From a bacterium (lineage in GTDB: Bacteria; Electryoneota; AABM5-125-24; Hatepunaeales; Hatepunaeaceae): a stretch of DNA of 64,000 bases. Where the stretch lies: positions 130 to 64,129 of the forward strand of contig JAIPJL010000005.1 in NCBI GenBank assembly GCA_021734165.1, in the 5' to 3' direction. Below the pieces are notes generated by a model. It searched no databases and was not told the DNA's origin. It worked only from the letters and a program-made list of their open reading frames with translations. This document shows, piece after piece, positions 12,438-21,290 of the stretch (its first letter is position 1; each line of letters starts with the position of its first letter). Position numbers and translations under genes: made by a program.

Positions 12438-13781
12438 TTGGATTTTACTTCACAAAGCGTCAAAGATCAAGATCGGATTCTTCAGGCTGTAGGCGAATCT
12501 TCTGTTGAAGCTTTAATTAATAGAGTACTTCCTGAACGGTTTCAGTTGAAGGAACCTCTCAATCTTCAACGAGGATTTTCGGAGTACAGACTTTTAAAAG
12601 AATTTAAGGAATTCGCTGCCGGTAATGAACCTTCCGGAGATGGGCTTTGTTTCCTCGGTGGTGGCGCTTATGATCATTACATTCCTGCGGCAGTCGATCA
12701 CATAATAAGCCGACCGGAATTTTATACTGCCTACACTCCATATCAAGCTGAAGTATCACAGGGTACTTTACAGACGATCTATGAGTTCCAGACCATGATC
12801 TGCAGGCTTATGGGAATGGATGCTGCGAATGCTTCGCATTACGATGGCGCATCTGCCCTTGCTGAAGCAGTACTGCTTGCGGTGCGGCAAAAGAAACACC
12901 GGAAGGTTGTAATCCCGCAAGGACTTAATCCGCTTTATCGAAGAGTCCTGAAGACCTATTGTGAACCAACGGGTATAGAGATTATCGATTTAAAGGCGGA
13001 TGAAGGCAGGATTGATCTGAAATCGCTTTCCGAACAGATCGTTGATTCTGCTGCATTAGTCATTCAGCAGCCAAACTTCTACGGACTGCTCGAACCCGCG
13101 CGAATTGCTGCTGAGGTTGCTCACGAAGCGGGGGTGCTTGTGATCTCTTCAACATATCCTACAACACTGGCGTTGCTTGAACCGCCGGGAGAGTGGGGCG
13201 TTGACATTGCAACTGCAGAAGGTCAACCTCTGGGGATTCCTTTATCTCTTGGTGGCCCCTACGTGGGATTGTTTGCAGTTAAGAAAAAGCTTATCCGGCA
13301 GCTTCCGGGCAGGCTTGTAGCAAGAACAAAGGATCGCGACAGCAGCGATGGTTTTGTATTAACCCTTCAGACCAGAGAACAGCACATCCGTCGCGAGAAA
13401 GCGACTTCTAATATTTGCACGAATCAGGCTCTCGTAGCGCTTTGTGCGCTGGTTTATCTTAGTTTGGTTGGCGCAAAAGGGCTTAAACGCTCTGCTGAAA
13501 ATTCATACCGCTCCGCTCATTATCTCGCAGACAAACTCACCGAAATAAAAGGTGTACGCCTGCATTTCAAGGGTGAGTTTTTCAACGAATTCGTCATTGA
13601 TCTTCCGATTGCCGTAGATAGAGTACAAACCGCTCTGGCAGATAGACATATCTTTGCCGGACCCGTACTGGGATGTTGGGATGAAAATATGAAGAACAGC
13701 ATGTTGGTTGCGGTTACTGAGAAGCGAAGTAAAGAAGAACTTGATAGTTTTGTTGATTCGATAAAAGAGATTTTAACGTGA
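12438..13781 (+). CDS. gcvPA: Glycine dehydrogenase subunit 1
   Basis: YTAYTPYQAEVSQG, TREQHIRREKATSNICTNQ; length of the A subunit only. Confidence 0.94.
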   Translation: MDFTSQSVKDQDRILQAVGESSVEALINRVLPERFQLKEPLNLQRGFSEYRLLKEFKEFAAGNEPSGDGLCFLGGGAYDHYIPAAVDHIISRPEFYTAYTPYQAEVSQGTLQTIYEFQTMICRLMGMDAANASHYDGASALAEAVLLAVRQKKHRKVVIPQGLNPLYRRVLKTYCEPTGIEIIDLKADEGRIDLKSLSEQIVDSAALVIQQPNFYGLLEPARIAAEVAHEAGVLVISSTYPTTLALLEPPGEWGVDIATAEGQPLGIPLSLGGPYVGLFAVKKKLIRQLPGRLVARTKDRDSSDGFVLTLQTREQHIRREKATSNICTNQALVALCALVYLSLVGAKGLKRSAENSYRSAHYLADKLTEIKGVRLHFKGEFFNEFVIDLPIAVDRVQTALADRHIFAGPVLGCWDENMKNSMLVAVTEKRSKEELDSFVDSIKEILT

Positions 13782-13792
13782 AATAAATTAAT

Positions 13793-13817
13793 GGGCATTA
13801 AGTAAAATGCCCTTTTT
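13793..13817 (+). terminator. Probable intrinsic terminator after gcvPA
   Basis: gggcatt-aagtaa-aatgccc followed by ttttt. Confidence 0.65.
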
Positions 13818-13841
13818 CGGTCACAACTTAAGGAGACCGTT

Positions 13842-14651
13842 ATGCCGATGTATTTAATATTTGTGATTGTAGTTGTTGTTTTTATCCTTGGCAGCGCAGT
13901 TCGTATCTTGAATGAGTATGAGCGCGGTGTGATTTTCCGGCTTGGAAGAGTTATCGACACCAAAGGTCCAGGATTAATATTACTGATCCCCATCATCGAT
14001 AAAATGGTGAAGGTCAGTCTTCGTCTTGAAACCAGGGATGTACCCCCACAGGATATAATCACCAAGGACAATGTATCAGTAGAAGTAAACGCCGTAATCT
14101 ATTACCGCGTTATGGATCCTCAAAAGGCTGTTATCGCCGTTGAGAATTACGTATTTGCTACACTTCAATTTGCCCAGACAACCTTAAGAAGTGTTCTGGG
14201 TCAGGTTGAACTTGACGACCTGCTCGCTTCTCGAGATAAGATCAATACCCAGTTGCAAGAAATCATTGATAGACACACAGATCCCTGGGGTATTAAGGTT
14301 GCCAGCGTGGAGATCAAACACGTCGATTTACCACAGGAGATGAGACGCGCCTGGGCGAAACAATCTGAAGCGGAACGTGAACGTCGCGCTAAGATCACAC
14401 ACGCTGAAGGTGAGTATCAGGCTTCTATTCAACTGGCACAAGCTGCGAGAGTTATTGCAGGAGATCCCATTGCCTTACAGCTTCGTTATCTCCAGACATT
14501 AAACGAGGTCGCCGCTGAGAACAACTCAACCCTGATCTTCCCAATACCGATTGATCTGTTTACTCCTTTTGTAAAGTTAGCTGAGAAGTTAACCGATAAG
14601 GACGGGAAGGAAACTTCTCTTAAGCTGCCTGAGAAACCGGATCAGGTTTGA
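13842..14651 (+). CDS. SPFH/stomatin (slipin) family membrane protein
   Basis: N-terminal [32 protein letters not shown]. Confidence 0.92.
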   Translation: MPMYLIFVIVVVVFILGSAVRILNEYERGVIFRLGRVIDTKGPGLILLIPIIDKMVKVSLRLETRDVPPQDIITKDNVSVEVNAVIYYRVMDPQKAVIAVENYVFATLQFAQTTLRSVLGQVELDDLLASRDKINTQLQEIIDRHTDPWGIKVASVEIKHVDLPQEMRRAWAKQSEAERERRAKITHAEGEYQASIQLAQAARVIAGDPIALQLRYLQTLNEVAAENNSTLIFPIPIDLFTPFVKLAEKLTDKDGKETSLKLPEKPDQV

Positions 14652-14668
14652 CTGAGAATGAACAAAAT

Positions 14669-14694
14669 AGCCCGTTCGGATTACTGAACGGGCT
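14669..14694. terminator. Hairpin, possible terminator
   Basis: agcccgttc...gaacgggct; weak U tract on + strand. Confidence 0.4.
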
Positions 14695-14715
14695 TACTCA
14701 TTACAGTGTAATCTT

Positions 14716-15429
14716 ATGAGACTTGCTAAATATCTTGCATCTGCCGGGATTGCTTCTCGTCGTGCTGCTGAGAAGTTGATCTCTGCTAGGATGGTGAGAG
14801 TAAACAACAGAATTATAACCGATCCGGCTTTCGATGTTGACGATCATGATAAAGTCGAGTATAACGGTAGTATTGTCAGGCTGATAAGCAATTCTGAAAT
14901 GACATATCTGGCGTTGCACAAACCGGTAAATGTACTTTCAACCATGTCACCGGGTAAAGAGGATGGAGCTTGCCTTGCCGACCTGATTCCCGATATTGGC
15001 AGACTTTATCCTGTCGGCAGACTCGATTTCAACAGCAGTGGATTGATGCTTTTAACCAATGACGGAGATCTGACCCATCTTTTGACCCATCCCGGTCACC
15101 AAGTTGCTAAAGAATACATCATAAAGCTGAACCGCCCACTCACGGAGAAGGATTACAATAATCTTCAAAAAGGCGTAAATATTGAAGGCAGAAAGGTTGA
15201 AATAGATGCCTTAAAACCTCATTCCGGTGGGAAACTTTCAATAACGATTCATGAAGGTCGCAAGCGTATAATCAGAGTACTTTTTAATAAGCTGAATTAC
15301 AAAGTAATCGAGCTTAAGAGAGTCAGGATCGGATCGCTATCTATCGGTAAACTTGCTATCGGTAAATGGCGCAAGTTGTCTAAAGCCGAGGTTCAGTTAC
15401 TGAAAGAATCTGTAAAAAAGGGCAGTTGA
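14716..15429 (+). CDS. RsuA/RluB-family rRNA pseudouridine synthase
   Basis: N-terminal S4 domain (RLAKYLA..SRR), catalytic VGRLD, EGRKR. Confidence 0.92.
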   Translation: MRLAKYLASAGIASRRAAEKLISARMVRVNNRIITDPAFDVDDHDKVEYNGSIVRLISNSEMTYLALHKPVNVLSTMSPGKEDGACLADLIPDIGRLYPVGRLDFNSSGLMLLTNDGDLTHLLTHPGHQVAKEYIIKLNRPLTEKDYNNLQKGVNIEGRKVEIDALKPHSGGKLSITIHEGRKRIIRVLFNKLNYKVIELKRVRIGSLSIGKLAIGKWRKLSKAEVQLLKESVKKGS

Positions 15430-15430
15430 T

Positions 15431-16030
15431 TTGGACGTCATGCTTAATTTCATCGTTGTTATTGACACACATCTGATGTATTTCCTTAATGACACTATCA
15501 GGAATCCCGTTTTCAATTTGATCATGCCGATATTTGATTACGACGAAATATGGCGAATTCCATTGATCGCTGCCTGGCTCGGCGTGATGATCTTCGGCAA
15601 ACGGCGGGTGCGGATTGTCGGACTTGGGGCTTTAGTATTAATAATAATGACAGATCCGATTTCAGCGGCAGTACTTAAACCCCTGTTTGAACGCATCAGA
15701 CCCTGTAATGTGCTTCCCGGAATAAACATGTGGCATGAAGGCGCCTGGATAGTAATTCCTGATCCGATACTACAGATTTACAAGAACTCACCGTCACTGC
15801 CTTCGTCACACGCAACCAACACCGCCGCCCAGGGACTCTGGTGGGGGTGGGCATATCCGAAAGCTAAGTGGTACTGCTATGGGACGGCTGTTGTTATCGG
15901 CTACTCAAGGTTATACGACGGTGTCCATTGGCCAGGCGATGTGCTGTTCGGCTGGATAATAGGGGGGATGTGCTTTCTGCTTGTCTGGTATATGAGCAAA
16001 AGGTTAATTCCGGAGATTAGACCGTCATAG
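15431..16030 (+). CDS. PAP2-family membrane phosphatase
   Basis: KPLFERIRP, PSSH, SRLYDGVHWPGD. Confidence 0.9.
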   Translation: MDVMLNFIVVIDTHLMYFLNDTIRNPVFNLIMPIFDYDEIWRIPLIAAWLGVMIFGKRRVRIVGLGALVLIIMTDPISAAVLKPLFERIRPCNVLPGINMWHEGAWIVIPDPILQIYKNSPSLPSSHATNTAAQGLWWGWAYPKAKWYCYGTAVVIGYSRLYDGVHWPGDVLFGWIIGGMCFLLVWYMSKRLIPEIRPS

Positions 16031-16396
16031 TGTCATTCCAGTGAAAGCCGGAATCCAGAACAAAAGTCATGACTCGCGGCAGTTTTCGGGAAAGAATCCG
16101 GGCACTCAAAATTATCGTCACATCGTCACAGAATCGGCGGAAAGCCTTATCCAGTATGGGTTAGAGGGTGTGACGGAAATGTGACGGAAAGTGATCGAAG
16201 TGACTAACCACAGAGACACAGAAGCACAGAGATTCTTCAAGTATATTGGATTATAATTATAAGTTAGAAAGTATTATTCACAGCAGATGCAGCGGATTAA
16301 GCAGATAGAATCCAGAATCAAAAATCAGGAATCACCAATCACATTAATCTGCGCAATCTGCGGAAAAAAATCGTAATTCTCAAGTCGCAATTCGTA
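16031..16396. repeat. Stack of several short repeat families
   Basis: GTCATTCC..GGAATCC hairpin (16031-16058), CGTCACA/TGTGACG inverted set (16116-16187), ACCACAGAG half-unit (16206-16232), GCAGAT/ATCTGC inverted set (16281-16363) enclosing AATC heptamers (16308-16342), TCGTAAT-like heptamers (16371-16396). Confidence 0.7.
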
Positions 16397-16486
16397 TTTA
16401 GTTGTTGCATCAATCAAAACTGCTGTTTAGATTTGAAAGAGTATATTATCTATAATCCTATGCTTTATTAAAATCTGGAGGGGAAA

Positions 16487-16681
16487 ATGGCTCGCTGCAC
16501 AAGAACAACCAATCTCGAAGTCCATCACAAAAACCGGGCGGGAGGAAACAGCCTCGGCAACGCTCAGGTACTATGTCATAAATGTCATTCTATGACAAGC
16601 TCATTCGGCGCCACTGGCGCTTCACCACCCGATTTCTCAGAAACAACCAAATATCTAACGCTAAGTAATGCCGGAAATTGA
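16487..16681 (+). CDS. Small HNH endonuclease-like protein, probably truncated
   Basis: RBS ggagg; LEVHH...N..GNAQVLCHKCH motif; ends abruptly at ...SNAGN. Confidence 0.6.
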   Translation: MARCTRTTNLEVHHKNRAGGNSLGNAQVLCHKCHSMTSSFGATGASPPDFSETTKYLTLSNAGN

Positions 16682-16745
16682 GGAGAATAAGCAAAAGCCA
16701 AGATCACTATAGTCTGGATTTAGCGTTTCATATATAGTGAGCTCT

Positions 16746-16773
16746 TTGAATTACACAAAAATAGTGTTATAAT
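16746..16773 (+). promoter_or_regulatory. Sigma70-type promoter for the methylase-nuclease pair
   Basis: TTGAAT-16 bp-TATAAT with extended TG at 16765-16766. Confidence 0.55.
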
Positions 16774-16852
16774 ATAACTTGCAAAGTTTATTGAACAAAG
16801 TTGTAATGTATTCAAAAACATCAACTTACACAGCAGTTTGGAGGTCGGTTTA

Positions 16853-19800
16853 ATGAAAGCAACCATTGATACTGCTGACCTCCTGCTTCAGAGCGCCTAT
16901 AAGGATTTGGGCTTTGAAGATGGAGTTCTTCTTGAAGCTACTGAAAAGCCCACGTCATCATCCGAATCAGCGTGGGTGGACAAAGGCGATTGGTTAACAC
17001 TAGCCAAGACCATCGACGCGGAAAAGATATTCTTCGTAGAGAATAATCCGGTTATTATATTTGCAAAACGGGAAGAAACCGGATCCGCAGTTTGGCGAGA
17101 AGTCTTCAACCTTGCCTGGTGTATGGCACGCCCTCCGATTCTATTTCTTGCCCAACCCGGCTTACTCTCAGTTCTTGATCTCACTCACTCACCAGCGAGT
17201 CAACATGATGACACCACGACTCGTGAAAAACGCCTCCTTGCTTCAGTAACGCGAGCTACTGATGTGCAGATCAGCCTGCAGAAGTACCATCGTTATCAAA
17301 TTGAATCTGGAAAGATATTCGAGGATGAGAACCGATTCGCTTTTAATGATCGTGCTGATCGTGCCCTAATTCGTGATTTAAAACTGGTCAGAGAAGCGCT
17401 GGTTAAAAAAAACCTTCCGATTGAACATGTTCACTCGTTGATAGGTAGGTCGATCTTTATCAGGTATCTTGAAGATAGAGGTGTAATAACGAGTGATTAT
17501 TATCAAAAGGTTGCTGATCAAAATAAATCATGGACTGGATTAGTTAACGAAGCAATAAAAAACGCAAATAATACAGACAATAAAAAGTCAATTTATGTAC
17601 ATACTCTTTCAAATAAGGAATTTATATATACTCTATATAAACAGCTTCATATCGACTTTAATGGTGATATGTTTCCATTAGATACAAATGAGGAGAATAA
17701 AGTTACAGAAGATCATTTGAGATTATTGCAGAGTTTACTCGTAGGAAAAATTCCACAAGAAACATCAGGACAATCACAACTGTTTTTCTTCGCATACGAT
17801 TTTAAAATAATACCGATCGAACTTATTAGCAGTATCTATGAAGAATTCTATAGTCTTGAAAAAGGAAAATCTTCGAATCAAGGTAGCTTCTACACACCCG
17901 CAGCTCTTGTTGAATACGTAGTTTCGCAGACAATTACAGAAGAGATATTAGATAAAAAACCTCGTATATTAGATCCTGCATGTGGATCCGGTATTTTTCT
18001 GGTTGAGTCTTTCCGTCGAATAGTTCGGCATTTGGTTCGTAAAAACGAAGGTCAGAGATTATCAGCAGACCAGTTACGAAATATTCTAAAAGAACAAATC
18101 ACTGGGATTGAGATCAATCCTGAAGCCGTTCGCGTTGCTGCTTTTAGTCTTTATCTTGCGTTATTGCATTACCAGCGTCCATCAGATATTCTTAAAAGTC
18201 CAAAATTACCGAATCTAACCTATAAATCAGAAAATAAATTTGCCAGTTCAAATCACCATTTTGATATACTCCTACCATTTAATGCGTTTGAGCTTGAGAA
18301 AAATATTTCTAATCCAAATGTTATTAAACGATTTGCATCAGGTTCATTCGATATAATAGTCGGTAATCCACCATGGGGTGGTTCTAGAGGTAAGGACACA
18401 CAAACTGTTATTGAGATTAAAAAAGCGACGGAATGGTGTGAAAAAATCAATAGATCTGTTGGAAATTGTGAATTGTCACAGGCATTTATCCACCTATCAA
18501 ATGATTTCCTACGTGAAGGGGGTCGAATTGGATTACTTGTATCGACAGCAGTTTTCTTTAATCGTAATGATAAAAGTCTTGAGTTCAGGCATCAGTGGTT
18601 AAAAGAAACGAGTTTATCGCAGGTAGTAAATTTTGCTGCCGTTAGAGATGTTTTTTTTAGTAAAGGCAGAGAAGCAAAAGCAATCGCACCGTTTGCCTCT
18701 GTCGTTTTTGATAAAATACCTCCTCAGAGAAACAAACGATTCCAGTATTGGTCTGCTAAGAAAACAGCTTTTATCGGTGGTACACAGTCCGTACTTCTTA
18801 GTCTGCCGGATCTAAAAACACTTCGACAGGAATCTGTACTGCATGATGATGAATTATGGAAAATATACTGGTGGGGTGGTCACCATGATGAAGCTCTAAT
18901 ACATGCGCTACGATTAGAAACTTCTCTACAGGGACAGTTGAATAATGGGAATAAATTAGATTCTGTCATTGGTCTGGGGTTCTCAGAAGCATCGAAGGAT
19001 AAGCCAAGTGAATGGTTGTGTAATTATTCAGAACTGCCAAAATCAGCGTTTGAAAGATATGGTACACTCAAGAGGGATAAATTCATCGATCCACCTTCTG
19101 ATGGTGTAGAGCGTGACAGAAATCCTGAACCTCCTAACAGAAATCCTAAACGATCTAAACTTCCTATTTTATATGAAGGATTACGTCTGCTCATTAGACG
19201 TGGAATTCAGCAAAAAAATCGTGCTGATGGTAAATTGATAGCGCGATTGGAATCCGATTCTTTTTGTTTTAGGAATTTCATATATGGGGTTCCTATTAAT
19301 GATGATATGCAATCAAATGCAAAAGTTCTCCTTGGTATTATATGGTCGTCATTGATTCGCTATTATCTATGGATGACATCTGGGTCCTGGGTAGGGTGGC
19401 ATTATGAATTGCGAAAATCAGATATTCTAAATTTACCAATACGATTACCTGCTGACAGAAAGGTGAGACAACGAATTGAAGAAATTGTGGACAAGTTGAG
19501 AAACCTGAATCAAAAGAATCTTCTTAATCAGAAAGATGTTATTCCTGAAAACAGTTTATATGTAAAGCAACTTGAAACAAAATTGGATGAAACGATATTT
19601 GATTTATATGAGCTTACATTTGATGAACGTGATCTCGTAAATGATATGTGTTCTTTAGGTATTGATTTGTTTTATCATGGTAGAGAAAGCGATGCCGTAA
19701 AGCCTGTGATTATCGATTTAGATAACATCAATCTTGGTAGAATTAATGATCTTTCAATTGATAGGGAGCAATCTGGAATATCTGGTTATCTAAGATCATT

Positions 19801-20179
19801 TCTTGATATCTGGAACCGCGAGCTTGAACCAAATGGAGAATTTCGCTGGAGAGTCCTTCTACCTTCAGAAAGGCAAACCTTATTGGCTATTATTTTTGAA
19901 ACTGAAGATAGAAAAGATCCTTTACCTGATCCGATTGAAAGTAATGATGTTAAGTTAAATGAGATACTATCACGATTGAATGATACTACAAGAGTCAAAA
20001 TAAGTCGAAGAATTTATATTGATGGATTGGTAAGAACTGTATCCGAAAATGATATTATTATTATTAAAAGAAATGAACGCAGACTTTGGACAAGAACAGC
20101 AGCTCGTGAAGATGCTGAGGCAACACTCCTTCAAGCAATAAATAGACAGAATTTGGCGATTGCGAGGCAAAAGTCTTGA
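16853..20179 (+). CDS. Large N6-adenine DNA methyltransferase/specificity protein (Type IIG-like architecture)
   Basis: GSFYTP, LDPACGSGIF (motif I), IVGNPPW (motif IV), TaqI-C-like TRD region; ATG 16853 preferred because GGAGGT lies at 16840-16845. Confidence 0.85.
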   Translation: MKATIDTADLLLQSAYKDLGFEDGVLLEATEKPTSSSESAWVDKGDWLTLAKTIDAEKIFFVENNPVIIFAKREETGSAVWREVFNLAWCMARPPILFLAQPGLLSVLDLTHSPASQHDDTTTREKRLLASVTRATDVQISLQKYHRYQIESGKIFEDENRFAFNDRADRALIRDLKLVREALVKKNLPIEHVHSLIGRSIFIRYLEDRGVITSDYYQKVADQNKSWTGLVNEAIKNANNTDNKKSIYVHTLSNKEFIYTLYKQLHIDFNGDMFPLDTNEENKVTEDHLRLLQSLLVGKIPQETSGQSQLFFFAYDFKIIPIELISSIYEEFYSLEKGKSSNQGSFYTPAALVEYVVSQTITEEILDKKPRILDPACGSGIFLVESFRRIVRHLVRKNEGQRLSADQLRNILKEQITGIEINPEAVRVAAFSLYLALLHYQRPSDILKSPKLPNLTYKSENKFASSNHHFDILLPFNAFELEKNISNPNVIKRFASGSFDIIVGNPPWGGSRGKDTQTVIEIKKATEWCEKINRSVGNCELSQAFIHLSNDFLREGGRIGLLVSTAVFFNRNDKSLEFRHQWLKETSLSQVVNFAAVRDVFFSKGREAKAIAPFASVVFDKIPPQRNKRFQYWSAKKTAFIGGTQSVLLSLPDLKTLRQESVLHDDELWKIYWWGGHHDEALIHALRLETSLQGQLNNGNKLDSVIGLGFSEASKDKPSEWLCNYSELPKSAFERYGTLKRDKFIDPPSDGVERDRNPEPPNRNPKRSKLPILYEGLRLLIRRGIQQKNRADGKLIARLESDSFCFRNFIYGVPINDDMQSNAKVLLGIIWSSLIRYYLWMTSGSWVGWHYELRKSDILNLPIRLPADRKVRQRIEEIVDKLRNLNQKNLLNQKDVIPENSLYVKQLETKLDETIFDLYELTFDERDLVNDMCSLGIDLFYHGRESDAVKPVIIDLDNINLGRINDLSIDREQSGISGYLRSFLDIWNRELEPNGEFRWRVLLPSERQTLLAIIFETEDRKDPLPDPIESNDVKLNEILSRLNDTTRVKISRRIYIDGLVRTVSENDIIIIKRNERRLWTRTAAREDAEATLLQAINRQNLAIARQKS

Positions 20180-20856
20180 GCCGTCCAAACCTGTACTATC
20201 TCGCAACTTGGGAAAATCATGTTGAGAGAGTACTTGAAATATTTAACGTTGCCTTGGTTCAGCTTGCAAGTGAATCTACACTACCGTTACCTGAAGACAA
20301 TATTAATCGAAAATTGCTTTTTTATGCAAGAAAAGCAAATTATCAGCTTATTCGCTTAGGTAGAGGGACTTCCTCGAATATTATGTATGAAGCAAGTAAT
20401 CAACCTGCTGAAACAGATAAAGAGCGAGCAAAACGTGAATCAAAACGTCCCGATTTTCAATGTGGGTTTGTTGATCATCTGCAGGAAAAAGATTTATTTT
20501 TTTTGATTGAATGTAAACGTCTCGGAAATCCCCCGTCTCCAACTTGGATATTGAATAGCAATTACATAAATAATGGTGTACAGCGATTTATTAATCCAGA
20601 ATGGGGTTATGGTGCTGGAGTTTCAACAAGTGCCATGATTGGATATATACAATCCATGACTCACGATGAAATTTTTACTGAAGTCAATGCTTACGGAGTT
20701 GAGTCAGGTTTTCCGGAAATAACATATAATGAAAATAATTGGCAAGAAAACGGTGTGAGTAAATTAGAACAAACACTTAATCGTCGCATTGAACCAAGTC
20801 CTTTTTTGCTTCATCATCTTTGGGTTGATCTACGCATTGCGTATTTGCAGAGGTAA
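20176..20856 (+). CDS. Putative PD-(D/E)xK nuclease coupled to the methylase
   Basis: RPDF (D93) ... IECKRL (E112, K114); TTG start overlaps the methylase TGA. Confidence 0.6.
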   Translation: MSRPNLYYLATWENHVERVLEIFNVALVQLASESTLPLPEDNINRKLLFYARKANYQLIRLGRGTSSNIMYEASNQPAETDKERAKRESKRPDFQCGFVDHLQEKDLFFLIECKRLGNPPSPTWILNSNYINNGVQRFINPEWGYGAGVSTSAMIGYIQSMTHDEIFTEVNAYGVESGFPEITYNENNWQENGVSKLEQTLNRRIEPSPFLLHHLWVDLRIAYLQR

Positions 20857-20985
20857 TGGATTATAATCCTGGCTGAGCTGACAGACTAACGCTTTGTTTA
20901 GCGCGCAGACTAACGCATCGCTTATTGGTGGGCACTCCCGGGCTGCAAAACTTTCAAGCAAACAGCCAGCGCTTCAATTGTGTGT

Positions 20986-21051
20986 GTTCAACCCTTTCAG
21001 GGTTGTCAGATAGACAGAATTTGAATCCGCTAGCTGACGCTGACGGCTATT
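20986..21051. repeat. REP-like element with CAACCCT-TTC-AGGGTTG hairpin
   Basis: Perfect hairpin 20989-21005, then a degenerate hairpin ending ggctatt next to the MITE-like element. Confidence 0.55.
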
Positions 21052-21199
21052 TATAGCATTTCTTGAAAGTCTTGCATTATTTGAGTTCCTGGCAGATTTC
21101 AAGTGAAGCTTGCGAAACGTAATCTGCCAGGTTACGCTTCGCTTGAAACCTGGCAGTAACTCCCATGATTTTTACGCATTACTTTTGGGAAATGGTATA
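21052..21199. mobile_element. MITE-like element, TA-bounded, with internal palindrome
   Basis: Imperfect 24-bp TIR (tatagcatttcttgaaagtcttgc vs rc tataccatttcccaaaagtaatgc, 18/24); internal 27-bp inverted repeat spanning 21083-21162 (23/27). Confidence 0.55.
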
Positions 21200-21290
21200 T
21201 TAGCAGCTCAAGTATAAATTATATGAATAGTTTCAATTCTTAATATTCTTAATCGTCTGAAAATAAGGAATTCGAATTCATAGTTCAATA

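Noticed and set aside
12438-13781. gcvPA without gcvPB/gcvT as a novel incomplete system
   Set aside because: Split gcv loci are common; the partners may lie outside the window.
20882-20980. Possible attC site after the nuclease gene (cagactaacgc twice, 24 bp apart)
   Set aside because: GACTAAC deviates from RYYYAAC and no complementary GTTRRRY end could be paired; at most a remnant.
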